A DNA stretch of 64,000 bases from an uncultured delta proteobacterium (GTDB lineage Bacteria; Desulfobacterota; Desulfobacteria; Desulfobacterales; SpSt-501). The stretch lies in contig CAWBSC010000023.1 of the NCBI GenBank assembly GCA_963791285.1, positions 259,818-323,817 of the forward strand, in the 5' to 3' direction. Positions 1 to 8,397 of the stretch are shown piece after piece. The notes beneath the pieces were generated by a model. It searched no databases and had not been told where the DNA came from. It saw only the letters and a list, made by a program, of their open reading frames with translations. The position numbers and the translations under genes were made by a program. The number at the start of each line of letters is the position of its first letter. Position 1 is the first letter of the stretch.

Positions 1-284
1 CGAGCCGCTCCCACTCCGCCTGGTAGTCGCCCGCCTGCGGCAGCGGGAATTCCTGGCCATTCGGGCAGGTGGAAATGTTCCGGCGGGCGGACGGCCCGTC
101 GCTCTCAGGTCCGGTCGGTTTTTGCACGCTCAAGCCCTCCCTTTGTGTGGTGTCGAATTCGATAGGGTGTCAGGTTTTTATTTTAGACCAATGCGGGGCG
201 GGAAACAACCGGACCCATTCCAACCGTTTTGCTTCCTCCTTGCAAGGCCGCCGCGCTCATTGTAAACAGGCCGGGCAGTTTGAA

Positions 285-344
285 GGGTGTCCGGTTTTAG
301 GTGTCAGGTTTTAGGTTTTAGGTAACCCTTAACACCTAACACCT
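285..344. repeat. G/T-rich degenerate short-word tract (GGTGTCAGGTTTTAGGTTTTAGG...) with a partly palindromic right end
   Basis: Read directly: gggtgtccggttttaggtgtcaggttttaggttttaggtaacccttaacacctaacacct. The same words occur inverted at 1762-1820. Confidence 0.7.
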
Positions 345-418
345 TTCCGCCCCTTTAACCCAAAAAACACTCTGCGCTGCGAACGAACTGAACCTCAGAC
401 CTTAAAGGAGCGGAACAC

Positions 419-1276
419 ATGAAACGCGTTGTCTTGTTTATCTTCTTAGCAGCCCTGTTTTTAATGCCGCACACCGATGCCGGCGCGGTCAACTTCGAGA
501 CCTTCTTCTTCCAGACCAGCTACTCGACCAACCCGGACCCCGCCATGCAGCAGTACCCGGAATACTCGCGGGACATCCGGCTCGACTCGGTCAACTACAA
601 CGGGACGACCTTCTCCAGCTTCCAGCTCGTCTCGGCCGCCCACGTCATCCAGAACGACTACGACCCGACCACCGGCAACGTTGACGCGACCCTGGGCTAC
701 CGCCGCGAGCCGTACACCATCGTCAACACCGGCTACGGCAAGTACACCCCGATCGACCCCTGGGTGAACGAGGGCACCCGCTCCGGCAAGTACGGCGCGA
801 CGGACGCGGACATGGTCGCGAGCTACGGCAACCTGAACCTCAACTCGATCAACTACAACCGCGAGCGCAAGACCTACGGCATCTTCACGATCTCGTTCGC
901 GCAGCCGACCGACCGGTTCTTCATCTTCGAGCGCGGCATGGACTCCGACATCCACCTCGACGCCCTCGACGACAACGGCAACGTGCTGGCGCACTGGGAC
1001 TTCCTGCGCAACGGCGGCTACGTGGACACCGGCTTCGACATCATCGTCGACACCGGGTTCCCGGGCTGGGAGAGCACCGCCCCGCAGAGCGTCGGCACGG
1101 TGGGGATCCTGCTGAACGGCGCGGCGGCCCGCACGCTGAAGTTCACGATCGACTCGATCCCGGACTTCGGGCCCGACCTCAAGGTGTTCGGCGGGGCGCC
1201 GGTGCCCGAGCCGGCCACGCTGCTGCTCCTCGGCGCCGGCCTGATCGGCCTCGCCGCGGCCGCGCGCAGGCGTTAA
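419..1276 (+). CDS. PEP-CTERM sorting-domain secreted protein
   Basis: 285-aa ORF with an AAGGAG RBS about 8 nt upstream and an N-terminal signal peptide. The C-terminus VPEPATLLLLGAGLIGLAAAARRR is a PEP motif plus TM helix plus Arg tail. Confidence 0.85.
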   Translation: MKRVVLFIFLAALFLMPHTDAGAVNFETFFFQTSYSTNPDPAMQQYPEYSRDIRLDSVNYNGTTFSSFQLVSAAHVIQNDYDPTTGNVDATLGYRREPYTIVNTGYGKYTPIDPWVNEGTRSGKYGATDADMVASYGNLNLNSINYNRERKTYGIFTISFAQPTDRFFIFERGMDSDIHLDALDDNGNVLAHWDFLRNGGYVDTGFDIIVDTGFPGWESTAPQSVGTVGILLNGAAARTLKFTIDSIPDFGPDLKVFGGAPVPEPATLLLLGAGLIGLAAAARRR

Positions 1277-1294
1277 CCTTACACGATGCAAAGG

Positions 1295-1323
1295 GGGCCG
1301 GGCGCGTCCGCCCGGCCCTTTTT
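1295..1323 (+). terminator. rho-independent terminator
   Basis: GGGCCGGGCG-cgtc-CGCCCGGCCC forms a perfect 10-bp stem followed by TTTTT, 19 nt after the stop codon at 1276. Confidence 0.7.
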
Positions 1324-1376
1324 GTTGCCTCTCCCCTGCCGTTTCGGCGGTATCCGCTCCGAAAAACCTATAATTG

Positions 1377-1629
1377 GCCACAGACCCACACAGACACACA
1401 CAGACGGGTCCTTTATGCCGGCCGACCTGACCGGCATAAAACCGTCGGCCTGCGGCGCCATGCTTCTGCCCAACCCGGTCCATCAATTCTCGCCAGCCTG
1501 TCGTCCATAACCACTATCCGCGCGCAAAAACACCCAAGCTGCGCGCAGCGCGCGGGGCTTTTGCCCGGGCAGGTCGCCCGGGCAAAAAGAACCTGCCCTT
1601 GTCCGCGTGGGTCTGTGTGGGTCTGTGGC
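1377..1629. repeat. perfect 19-bp inverted repeat enclosing two long hairpins
   Basis: Arms are GCCACAGACCCACACAGAC (1377-1395) and GTCTGTGTGGGTCTGTGGC (1611-1629). Internal hairpins: TTTATGCCGG/CCGGCATAAA (1412-1440) and TTTTGCCCGGGC/GCCCGGGCAAAA (1558-1589). Confidence 0.8.
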
Positions 1630-1711
1630 TGAAAACGCTTTTAGTCCGCGTCAGCGTGCGCCCATCCGCGGCTGATTCCACTCCTATGTCGACCGCCAAG
1701 GTTTTTTCCCC

Positions 1712-1738
1712 TGTGGGAGCGGCTTTCCAGCCGCGATG
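1712..1738 (+). repeat. REP-like 27-nt element TGTGGGAGCGGCTTTCCAGCCGCGATG
   Basis: The exact reverse complement is present at 39072-39098. It contains a GCGGCT/AGCCGC hairpin and resembles the architecture of Pseudomonas-type REP elements. Confidence 0.75.
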
Positions 1739-1761
1739 ATCGATGCTAAAAGCCTCTCCCA

Positions 1762-1820
1762 CCGACAACCGGACACCGGGCACCAATCACTTAAAACATA
1801 ACACCTAAAACCTGGCACCC
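1762..1820. repeat. C/A-rich strand of the G/T-rich short-word tract (inverted relative to 285-344)
   Basis: The reverse complement reads gggtgccaggttttaggtgttatgttttaagtg..., sharing the AGGTTTTAGGTGT words with 285-344. Confidence 0.6.
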
Positions 1821-1849
1821 TTCTTCAATATGTGACCCCCAAAGGCGAA

Positions 1850-1874
1850 GGGCGGCGCCCGAACGGCGCCGCCC
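1850..1874 (-). terminator. possible terminator hairpin downstream of the second PEP-CTERM gene
   Basis: GGGCGGCGCC...GGCGCCGCCC is a 10-bp GC stem. The T tract on the minus strand is weak (TTCGCCTTT). Confidence 0.4.
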
Positions 1875-1915
1875 CGCAATCCACTTGAAACCCAACACCT
1901 GAATCCTGTCGCCGA

Positions 1916-2905
1916 CTAGACCTTTCTTTTTCGGCCGTACCCGGCCAGCCCGATCAGGCCGGCGCCGAGGAGCAGCAGCGTGGCCGGCTCAGGCACCGCA
2001 TTGGCCCCCACCACGATGGAGAACATGTTCGAATAGCTCAGCTCGTTGAAGTCGAGCTCGAAGGGGTTCACGTTGAAGAGGTTGATCGCGAGGGTCCCGG
2101 GGGACCAGTCCCCGACGGTGTAATCGATGTACGGCCGCAGCCCGAGCCCGAAGGCCGTGGCGAAATCGTTGTCCAGCGTGAGGTTGAGCAGCGAGAAGTA
2201 CCAGGTCCCGGGCTTGTTGAGGTCGGCATTCACGGTGAGCGTGCCGTTCGGCCCCAGCAGGAAATCGGCCACCCCGAAATCGCTCGCCCCTGCGAGCTGG
2301 TATTTCAGCTGCCCGCCGATGTCCTTCACCGTCAGCTTGTTGGTTTCGATGACGTCGAAGCTCAACCCGACGTAGACCGGCCAGAGGCCGGCTTCCAGGC
2401 TGTACGCGGAGAACGAATCCTGACCGGACACCGTGCTGCCGATCCACGGCGTGAACGACCGGTAGACGTTCAGACCGTAGTTCTTCGAGAAAAGATCGCC
2501 CTCCATGTTGATGTTGGGCAGGGGCACATACCAGGGCGTGTTGACGTGGACGAACCACCCGATGTCCACCCACGCCCCCAGGTCCGACTTCAGGAACCCG
2601 TTCGTTCCGGTGAACCCCATCGTCACGGGCGTCAGCCCCGGTGCGGCGAGGTTCGACGAATAGTTGAGGGACATGCCGCCGTTGAACTGCCCGGAGGCGG
2701 TGCCGGTGTTCGCGCCGACGTCCCACGAAATCCCGAGCGCGCCGCCGGTGGAGCCCTGCTCCTGGAAGCCGAGGGCGACGCCGCCGCCCCAGAGACTCTG
2801 GTCGGGGGCAGTGAACGCGAGGTTGAGATTGGTGAGATCGGCGTAGGCGTTCGCGCCGCATAAGAGAAGGATCAGGCAGGAAACAGAGATCAGTGTTCTT
2901 CTCAT
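1916..2905 (-). CDS. PEP-CTERM sorting-domain secreted protein
   Basis: 329-aa ORF with a signal peptide (MRRTLISVSCLILLLCGANAYA). C-terminus is VPEPATLLLLGAGLIGLAGYGRKRKV. Confidence 0.85.
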   Translation of the reverse strand: MRRTLISVSCLILLLCGANAYADLTNLNLAFTAPDQSLWGGGVALGFQEQGSTGGALGISWDVGANTGTASGQFNGGMSLNYSSNLAAPGLTPVTMGFTGTNGFLKSDLGAWVDIGWFVHVNTPWYVPLPNINMEGDLFSKNYGLNVYRSFTPWIGSTVSGQDSFSAYSLEAGLWPVYVGLSFDVIETNKLTVKDIGGQLKYQLAGASDFGVADFLLGPNGTLTVNADLNKPGTWYFSLLNLTLDNDFATAFGLGLRPYIDYTVGDWSPGTLAINLFNVNPFELDFNELSYSNMFSIVVGANAVPEPATLLLLGAGLIGLAGYGRKRKV

Positions 2906-3459
2906 AACCGGGGGTTCCTTTCACCAGGCAGGCCATGGAATGAGTTCATCGCAGACTACTTCCTTTTCAGGGTCGGGAGGCCTCTGTGGAAAAGTACTGC
3001 CGAAGTCGCTCACCTCCTTTTCTTCCGGAATTTCAGACTCCGGTGAAAATAATGCAAACCCTGTGCCCTATTCCGCTCCCATATTGTTCAATCTATCCCA
3101 ATATCCTTTAAAATCAAAATAAAATTGCTTCGGTAACGAACGGCATGACGTTCCGGGATTCCCGGCTGGATACGCGACGAAATACTTTCAGGTAGTGTTT
3201 TCCTCCGGCGGGAGTCGAATAGTTGACACCCCGTGGGGAATGCTGCCGACCGGCGCCCGCCGGCCCGGCGTTTGCCCGGGGGGGCCCCCGCCCATTCCGC
3301 GAACCGCCGCGCTGCCGGGGCCCGGCGGCCCGATATGAGATGGCTGCCTTTATTTCAACCGCCGCCTCCAACAGGTCCTCAAGTTCCCGCGCGTTTTGGC
3401 CGACCTAACCTGCCATGACCCCCATCGATCACCCCATCCCCGGAGAACCTCGGCGCGAC

Positions 3460-4671
3460 ATGAAGCTGGCGTATGTTCTGACCAACGGCTGCCCTGAAAA
3501 CCGCATCGACGGCAGCCGCATGCGAAAATGCCTGGAGCTGAACGGGTGGGGCGCGGCGGCCACGCCCGGCGAAGCCGACCTGATCCTGTTCAACGCGTGC
3601 GGGCTCGTCGACGTGACCGAAACGCTGTCCATGCGGATCTACCGCGGGCTCGAGCGCTCGAAGAAGCCGGGGGCGCGGCTCGTCGTGTGCGGCTGCCTGC
3701 CGCGCATCAACCCGGCCGCGCTGGCCGGGGAGTACGACGACGTCACGTTCGGTTCGGACGACATGGAGGCCCTGGGCCGGCTGATCCGGGCCGAGCCGGG
3801 AACCCTCGCCTGCTACGCCAACGATCTTCTGCCCTACACCGACCCGCCGAAGCCGACGCTCTTCGAGCGCCTCCGCGGCACGCACTTGAGCCTGCACCCG
3901 TATGCGCTCAAAACCCGAAAGTTCCAGACCGAATACGAGTTCCTGTTCAAACGCGTCAACATCACCGGCCACGGCGGCTTCTTCATCAAGGTCGCGACCG
4001 GGTGCCTGAACGAGTGCGCCTACTGCGCGGTGAAGCTCTCCCGCGGCACGGTGCGGAGCAAACCCATCGCGGAGATCCTGCGCGAGCAGGAAGCGGGGCT
4101 GAGCCGGGGCCATACCGAGCTCAACCTCATCGGGACCGACCTCGGCAGCTACGGCCGGGACATGGAGGTCACGCTGGTCGACCTGCTGCGGGCGATGACC
4201 GGGGTAGCGGGCGCGTTCAAGATCAAGCTGCGGAACGTGAACGCCCGGTTCCTGAAACTGATGGCGCCGGAGCTGGCGCGGGTGCTCGCAGGCGGCAAGG
4301 TCGTCTACATGAGCTCCGCGGTGCAGTCGGGCAGCGACCGGATCCTGAACCGGATGAACCGCGGCTACACCGCGGAAGAGTACCGGCAGGCCGTGGCGAC
4401 GGTCCGCAGCGGGTACCCCGATCTGCAGCTGCGGACCCAGATCATCGTCGGGTTCCCGGGCGAGAGCGAGGGGGATTTCGAGGAGACCCTGAGGCTCGTG
4501 GACGAGGTGGATTTCGACTTCGTGGAAGTCCGCACGTTCTCGGCCCGCGCGGGCACGCGGGCGTTCGATCTGCCGGGCAGGGTTTCGAGGGGGACGATGC
4601 TCAGGCGGTATTACCGCATGCTGAAAACGGTCGTGGAAAAGTGCGGCCGCAAAATCGATTTGCCGAACTGA
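3460..4671 (+). CDS. radical SAM methylthiotransferase (MiaB/RimO-family-like, no obvious TRAM domain)
   Basis: N-terminal UPF0004-like MKLAYVLTNGCPENRIDGSRM and a radical SAM CxxxCxxC motif (CLNECAYCAV). GGAGAA lies about 13 nt upstream of the ATG at 3460. The ORF is also open from the ATG at 3415. Confidence 0.75.
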   Translation: MKLAYVLTNGCPENRIDGSRMRKCLELNGWGAAATPGEADLILFNACGLVDVTETLSMRIYRGLERSKKPGARLVVCGCLPRINPAALAGEYDDVTFGSDDMEALGRLIRAEPGTLACYANDLLPYTDPPKPTLFERLRGTHLSLHPYALKTRKFQTEYEFLFKRVNITGHGGFFIKVATGCLNECAYCAVKLSRGTVRSKPIAEILREQEAGLSRGHTELNLIGTDLGSYGRDMEVTLVDLLRAMTGVAGAFKIKLRNVNARFLKLMAPELARVLAGGKVVYMSSAVQSGSDRILNRMNRGYTAEEYRQAVATVRSGYPDLQLRTQIIVGFPGESEGDFEETLRLVDEVDFDFVEVRTFSARAGTRAFDLPGRVSRGTMLRRYYRMLKTVVEKCGRKIDLPN

Positions 4672-4727
4672 GACGCCCGACGACCCGCGGCGCGCCCCGG
4701 TCCAGCGGCCGATCCCAACCCTGGCGT

Positions 4728-6369
4728 TTAAAATCAAGAATCAAGGGGCTGTTGCTCAAAGCACTGCCCTCATATTAAATTGCCGAGTACTAACCTGTTC
4801 GGGAACGGCCGAGCCGTCCAGAGGTGCGATAACCAGCCGGCCGCTTTTGCGACTAACTGCCTGCCGATGCCCTGCGCTACGGGTCTTGAGCTGTCCTCGA
4901 CCCGCCCCAAGGGCCTGGGCACCGCCCGCAGTGGCTCTTTGAGATAGCGAACCAAAACCATGACGTTCTGGATGGTGGCGGTCAGATATTCCTGGATGGC
5001 CACGCGCCACAGCCTGCGCCAGCGCGCCCGCTTGATCCCGTAGCGGGTGCCGCGGGCAAAGGAGCGCTCCATGAGGTGCTGGCGCTGCTTGCGGTCCGCT
5101 CGCCCCTGCAGGCTCTGGGATTGCAAGAGCATCTGGTCGAGAGCCTCTTGCCGCAGGTGACGCTTGAGGCTGCGTCCGGCACGGCTGCGCGTGCACTGCG
5201 GCCGCAGGCTGCAGTGGCTGCACGTCTTGGAGGCTGCCGTGTACTCCCACTGTTGGCGCTGAGCGTTGAAGCGGCGGCGAGTCAATCGCCGGCCGGCCGG
5301 ACAGATGAAGCTATCGGTGCTCGCCTCATAGCGAAAGGACTCTTTGGGCAGGATCCCGGCTTGCCGGCCCGAGCCCCGCTGCCCGTGCTCCAAAGAGGCA
5401 AAATGACTTTTGACCCCGCGGTCATGGCAGCTGAGGTAATTGTCCATGGTGCCGTACTTGCTGTCGGCCACACAGACTTCGGCGGCAACACCCGTGTTGC
5501 GGGCGTGGCCATCCAGCAGGCTGTCCATGCGATGGGCCTCGTGCACCGAGCCGGTGCTCACCTCGGTAGCGGTGATGACCTCGCAGTGCTCGTCCACCGC
5601 CCGGTGCACCTGGTACTTGAGCCGTGAGCCGCCCGCGCCTCGGCGCACGGTGGAGGCATCCGGATCGGTCGTGGAGACGTGGGTGCGGTTGACCGCTTCC
5701 GGCTGCGCGGGCTCATCCAGGCGCTCTTGCAGCTTGCGGTAACCTGTATCCAGCTGGGCTTTAAGCGTTTGGGTGTTCACCACCGAGGTGTTGGAGGCGT
5801 CGGCCTGCACCAAGCAACTGTCCATAAACAGCTTGCGGCCGTCTACCAGACCGGCCTCAACGCATTGCAACACGATACGCTCAAAAAAGAGTTTGAACGC
5901 CTCGGCCCCCCAGCGCGTGCGGGCCTTGGAGAGCACACTGTGGTTGGGGATCTCGCTGTCGAGGTCAAACCCCAAAAACCACAGCCAGTCCAAGCGCTCC
6001 GGGATGGTGGCCAGCAACTCACGCTCGGAGCGCACGTTATAGAGGATCAACAAGAGCATCATCTTCAGGATGACCGGCGGGGGCACGGACACATTGCCAT
6101 TGCTCCCATAGCGATCCCGGACTTCCTGGTAGATGAAATCAAAATCGATGTGCGTGGCGATCTGCCTCAACACATGATCGCTGCGGATGCGCTGATCCAG
6201 GCGGATCCGCTCGTAAAACAGCTTCTGCTGCGGCTTTGGCTGGCGGCCCATCATGGCGAAGGTGCACCTCAAGTGGAAGTAAACGAAATGCTTCCTACTA
6301 GCAGATTAACCCAGCGCTTGCGAGACCTATTTGATCTATTTGGGCAACAACCCGTCAAGATGTGACCCC
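4728..6369 (-). mobile_element. IS5/IS1182-family insertion sequence, copy 1 (1642 bp)
   Basis: Boundaries were defined by comparison with copy 2 (27506-29147); identity stops at both ends. Imperfect terminal inverted repeats: GGGGTCACATCTTGACGGGTTGTTGCCCAAA versus TTAAAATCAAGAATCAAGGGGCTGTTGCTCAAA. Confidence 0.8.
4770..6272 (-). CDS. IS5/IS1182-family DDE transposase
   Basis: 500-aa ORF with an N-terminal InsH-like region (LFYERIRLDQRIRSDHVLRQI...VPPPVILKMMLL) and a C-terminal ERSFA...KRARWRRLWRV motif. It differs from the copy-2 protein at 6 residues. Confidence 0.85.
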   Translation of the reverse strand: MRCTFAMMGRQPKPQQKLFYERIRLDQRIRSDHVLRQIATHIDFDFIYQEVRDRYGSNGNVSVPPPVILKMMLLLILYNVRSERELLATIPERLDWLWFLGFDLDSEIPNHSVLSKARTRWGAEAFKLFFERIVLQCVEAGLVDGRKLFMDSCLVQADASNTSVVNTQTLKAQLDTGYRKLQERLDEPAQPEAVNRTHVSTTDPDASTVRRGAGGSRLKYQVHRAVDEHCEVITATEVSTGSVHEAHRMDSLLDGHARNTGVAAEVCVADSKYGTMDNYLSCHDRGVKSHFASLEHGQRGSGRQAGILPKESFRYEASTDSFICPAGRRLTRRRFNAQRQQWEYTAASKTCSHCSLRPQCTRSRAGRSLKRHLRQEALDQMLLQSQSLQGRADRKQRQHLMERSFARGTRYGIKRARWRRLWRVAIQEYLTATIQNVMVLVRYLKEPLRAVPRPLGRVEDSSRPVAQGIGRQLVAKAAGWLSHLWTARPFPNRLVLGNLI

Positions 6370-6381
6370 AAAGGCTTCAGG

Positions 6382-6420
6382 AAAAAAAAGCCTGCAAGCG
6401 CTCGTCGCTGCTTGCAGGCT
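6382..6420 (-). terminator. rho-independent terminator of the tRNA-Gly/tRNA-Cys unit
   Basis: The minus strand reads AGCCTGCAAGC-agcgacgagc-GCTTGCAGGCT followed by TTTTTTTT, 16 nt after tRNA-Cys. Confidence 0.8.
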
Positions 6421-6436
6421 GGTGGTCTGTCGGTGG

Positions 6437-6511
<75 letters not shown>

Positions 6512-6650
6512 AAGACTCAACGACCACCCGCTTCAGCGGGTGGTTTGTCTTTTCGGACGTAAACCGAAAAGACAAAAAGCACGACCGTGCTTCAACGTTG
6601 AAGCCTGCAACCGCGTCGGTTGCACGCGGTTTGAATGCAGGCAATAAAAA

Positions 6651-6725
6651 TGGAGCGGGAAACGGGATTTGAACCCGCGACTTCGACCTTGGCAAGGTCG
6701 CACTCTACCACTGAGTTATTCCCGC
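6651..6725 (-). tRNA. tRNA-Gly (GCC)
   Basis: Acceptor GCGGGAA/TTCCCGC, anticodon arm CGACC-TTGCCAA-GGTCG, T loop TTCAAAT, encoded CCA. Confidence 0.9.
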
Positions 6726-6768
6726 TCGATTCGAAAGCCGCTTTTAGCGGCTGCATCCCTATTTGTCA

Positions 6769-6915
6769 AGAACCTATCTAAAAAATCACGTCTGACGGCC
6801 GCATGCGGCGTTGCCGCTCGCCTCGACCTGCTCACATACTGGTCCGTATGCTGCGCGGTCTCGGCTTGCGGCGCCTTGCCTGCGGCCGTGATCCGCAATT
6901 TTTTAGCGAGGTTCG
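6769..6915 (+). repeat. palindromic MITE-like repeat, subfamily B
   Basis: The core tctgacggccgcatgcggcgttgcc...ctgctcacatactg...gccttgcctgcggccgtgatc is near-identical to 35453-35568. Terminal inverted repeats are AGAACCTATCTAAAAAAT and AATTTTTTAGCGAGGTTC. Confidence 0.8.
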
Positions 6916-6942
6916 GTAGAAAACCCGCGCCAGAAACCCGGC

Positions 6943-7614
6943 TCAGACGACCCGCTTGAACTTGATGAAATAATCCGTGCCGGACCACATCGTGAAGATC
7001 AGCGCGGCCCACAGCAGCACCCGGCCGATGCTGTCGAAGTCGACCCCGAGCAGGGGGTAGTGGATCATCAGCGGAATGATGGCCGCGATCTGGAACCCGG
7101 TCTTCAGCTTGCCCAGGCGCGAGGCCGAGATGTCGACCCCCTTGCCGGCGATGACGCTGCGCAGCCCCGTGACGGCCAGCTCGCGGCCGATGATGACGCA
7201 CACGACCCAGGCCGGCGCCCACCCGTGGGCCGCCAGCATGATGAAGGCCGAAGAGGTGAGCAGCTTGTCCGCCACCGGGTCCATGGCCTTGCCCAGGAAC
7301 GTGACCTTCCCCTGGCGGCGCGCCAGGAACCCGTCCAGGTAGTCGGTCGCCGCGGCGAAGCTGAACAGCAGCGCCGCCATGAAGCACATGAAGGGGCTGG
7401 ACGGGAACGAGAAAACCGCGAGGATGAGCGGGATGCAGGCGATGCGGATGAGGGTCAGCCCGTTGGGGTGGTTGGCCGTGCTGAGCAGCCGGGTCCAGAG
7501 GTCCGGGCGCAGGGTCGCCTCGGCGCTGTGCGCACCCGCCGCGGCGCCGCCCCCGCCGTCTTCCGACCGGGGCGCGAACCCCTGCTTGTCCTGCGAAACG
7601 TTCATCGGCTCCAT
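6943..7614 (-). CDS. pgsA: CDP-diacylglycerol--glycerol-3-phosphate 3-phosphatidyltransferase
   Basis: CDP-alcohol phosphatidyltransferase motif DYLDGFLARRQGKVTFLGKAMDPVADK within a polytopic membrane protein. Start taken at MEPMNV, just after the upstream gene's stop; the ORF is open to 7701. Confidence 0.8.
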   Translation of the reverse strand: MEPMNVSQDKQGFAPRSEDGGGGAAAGAHSAEATLRPDLWTRLLSTANHPNGLTLIRIACIPLILAVFSFPSSPFMCFMAALLFSFAAATDYLDGFLARRQGKVTFLGKAMDPVADKLLTSSAFIMLAAHGWAPAWVVCVIIGRELAVTGLRSVIAGKGVDISASRLGKLKTGFQIAAIIPLMIHYPLLGVDFDSIGRVLLWAALIFTMWSGTDYFIKFKRVV

Positions 7615-7624
7615 GGCGCGCGAT

Positions 7625-7882
7625 TCAGCCTTCCGACTTTCCCGAGTTGACGTAGCGGTCGCGGCACGCGCGGCTGCAGAAGCGCAGCTCGCGCTCGCCA
7701 TCTTTCAGGACGACCCCGTCGCGCTGGGGGAAGTAGCTCCCGCACTCGGGGTCCTTCACCATGACGTCGTCGATGCGGCCCGGCTCCCGGGGGTCCGGCC
7801 GCGGGGAGCGTCTCGACAGAAGCCGGCGCGCGGCGCGGTAGGCCAGAAAGAGCACCAGCAGAAATAGTGCCCAGCGGATCAT
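7625..7882 (-). CDS. small membrane-anchored Cys-rich (TRASH/YHS-like, PP0621-type) protein
   Basis: 85 aa with an N-terminal TM helix MIRWALFLLVLFLAYRA and C-terminal CGSYFP...RFCSRACRDRY. Its ATG overlaps the folK stop (ATGA). Confidence 0.6.
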   Translation of the reverse strand: MIRWALFLLVLFLAYRAARRLLSRRSPRPDPREPGRIDDVMVKDPECGSYFPQRDGVVLKDGERELRFCSRACRDRYVNSGKSEG

Positions 7883-8397
7883 GGGAGTTCGACCACCTCC
7901 TGGCCCGCTTCGCCCAGCTCGGCCAGCATCTGCGCGGCGGTTTTCCCCGTGACCGGGTGCCGCACGCCCGGATCTATATCACACATGGGCTTCAAAACAA
8001 AGCGCCGCCCGGCCATGCGCGGGTGCGGGATGACGACCCGCGGCCCGGCGCACACGAGCCCGTCGTAGAGCAGGATGTCCAGGTCGAGCACCCGCGGTCC
8101 GAAGCGCACCGCGTCCCCCGTGCGCCCGAACGCCCGCTGCACGGCCTGGATCCGGTCCAGCAGCTCCTCCGGCCGCAGCGCGGTCTCGACGCGCACGACC
8201 GAGTTGACGAACCAGTCCTGGTCCGCGAAGTCGACCGGCGCGGTGCGGTAGTCGCGCGAGCGGCCCGTCAGGCGCACGGCCCCGTCCGCACACAGCCGCT
8301 CGACGCCCTGCCTGCAGTTTTCGAGCGCGTCGCCCAGGTTCGAGCCGACCGAGAGGAAGACCGTGTGCCGCACGTCCTCCGCCTGCACCCGGCTCAC
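7879..8397 (-). CDS. folK: 2-amino-4-hydroxy-6-hydroxymethyldihydropteridine diphosphokinase
   Basis: HPPK signature VFLSVGSNLGD...RTAPVD...FGPRVLDLDILLY...PHPRM..R.FVL.P. The GTG start overlaps the dapF stop (GTGA). The long 370-aa ORF upstream of this is an Arg/Gly-rich read-through. Confidence 0.8.
   Translation of the reverse strand: MSRVQAEDVRHTVFLSVGSNLGDALENCRQGVERLCADGAVRLTGRSRDYRTAPVDFADQDWFVNSVVRVETALRPEELLDRIQAVQRAFGRTGDAVRFGPRVLDLDILLYDGLVCAGPRVVIPHPRMAGRRFVLKPMCDIDPGVRHPVTGKTAAQMLAELGEAGQEVVELP

Noticed and set aside
1-130. Minus-strand open frame ...STCPNGQEFPLPQAGDYQAEWERL running off the left edge
   Set aside because: It looks protein-like, but it has no start codon in the window, is very short and has no recognisable family. 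It cannot be supported.
69-314. 81-aa ORF at the left end
   Set aside because: It has no RBS, runs into the G/T-rich repeat tract and has no family resemblance.
1811-1828. TGGCAC-N5-TTCA resembling a sigma-54 promoter near PEP-CTERM genes (often PrsR/sigma-54 controlled)
   Set aside because: The -12 element is not TTGC, and there is no downstream gene on that strand.
1826-1846. tcaatatgtgacccc resembles the IS terminus tcaagatgtgacccc (14 of 15), suggesting a solo IS end
   Set aside because: Similarity does not extend inward beyond about 15 nt, which is too short to distinguish from chance or a preferred target sequence.
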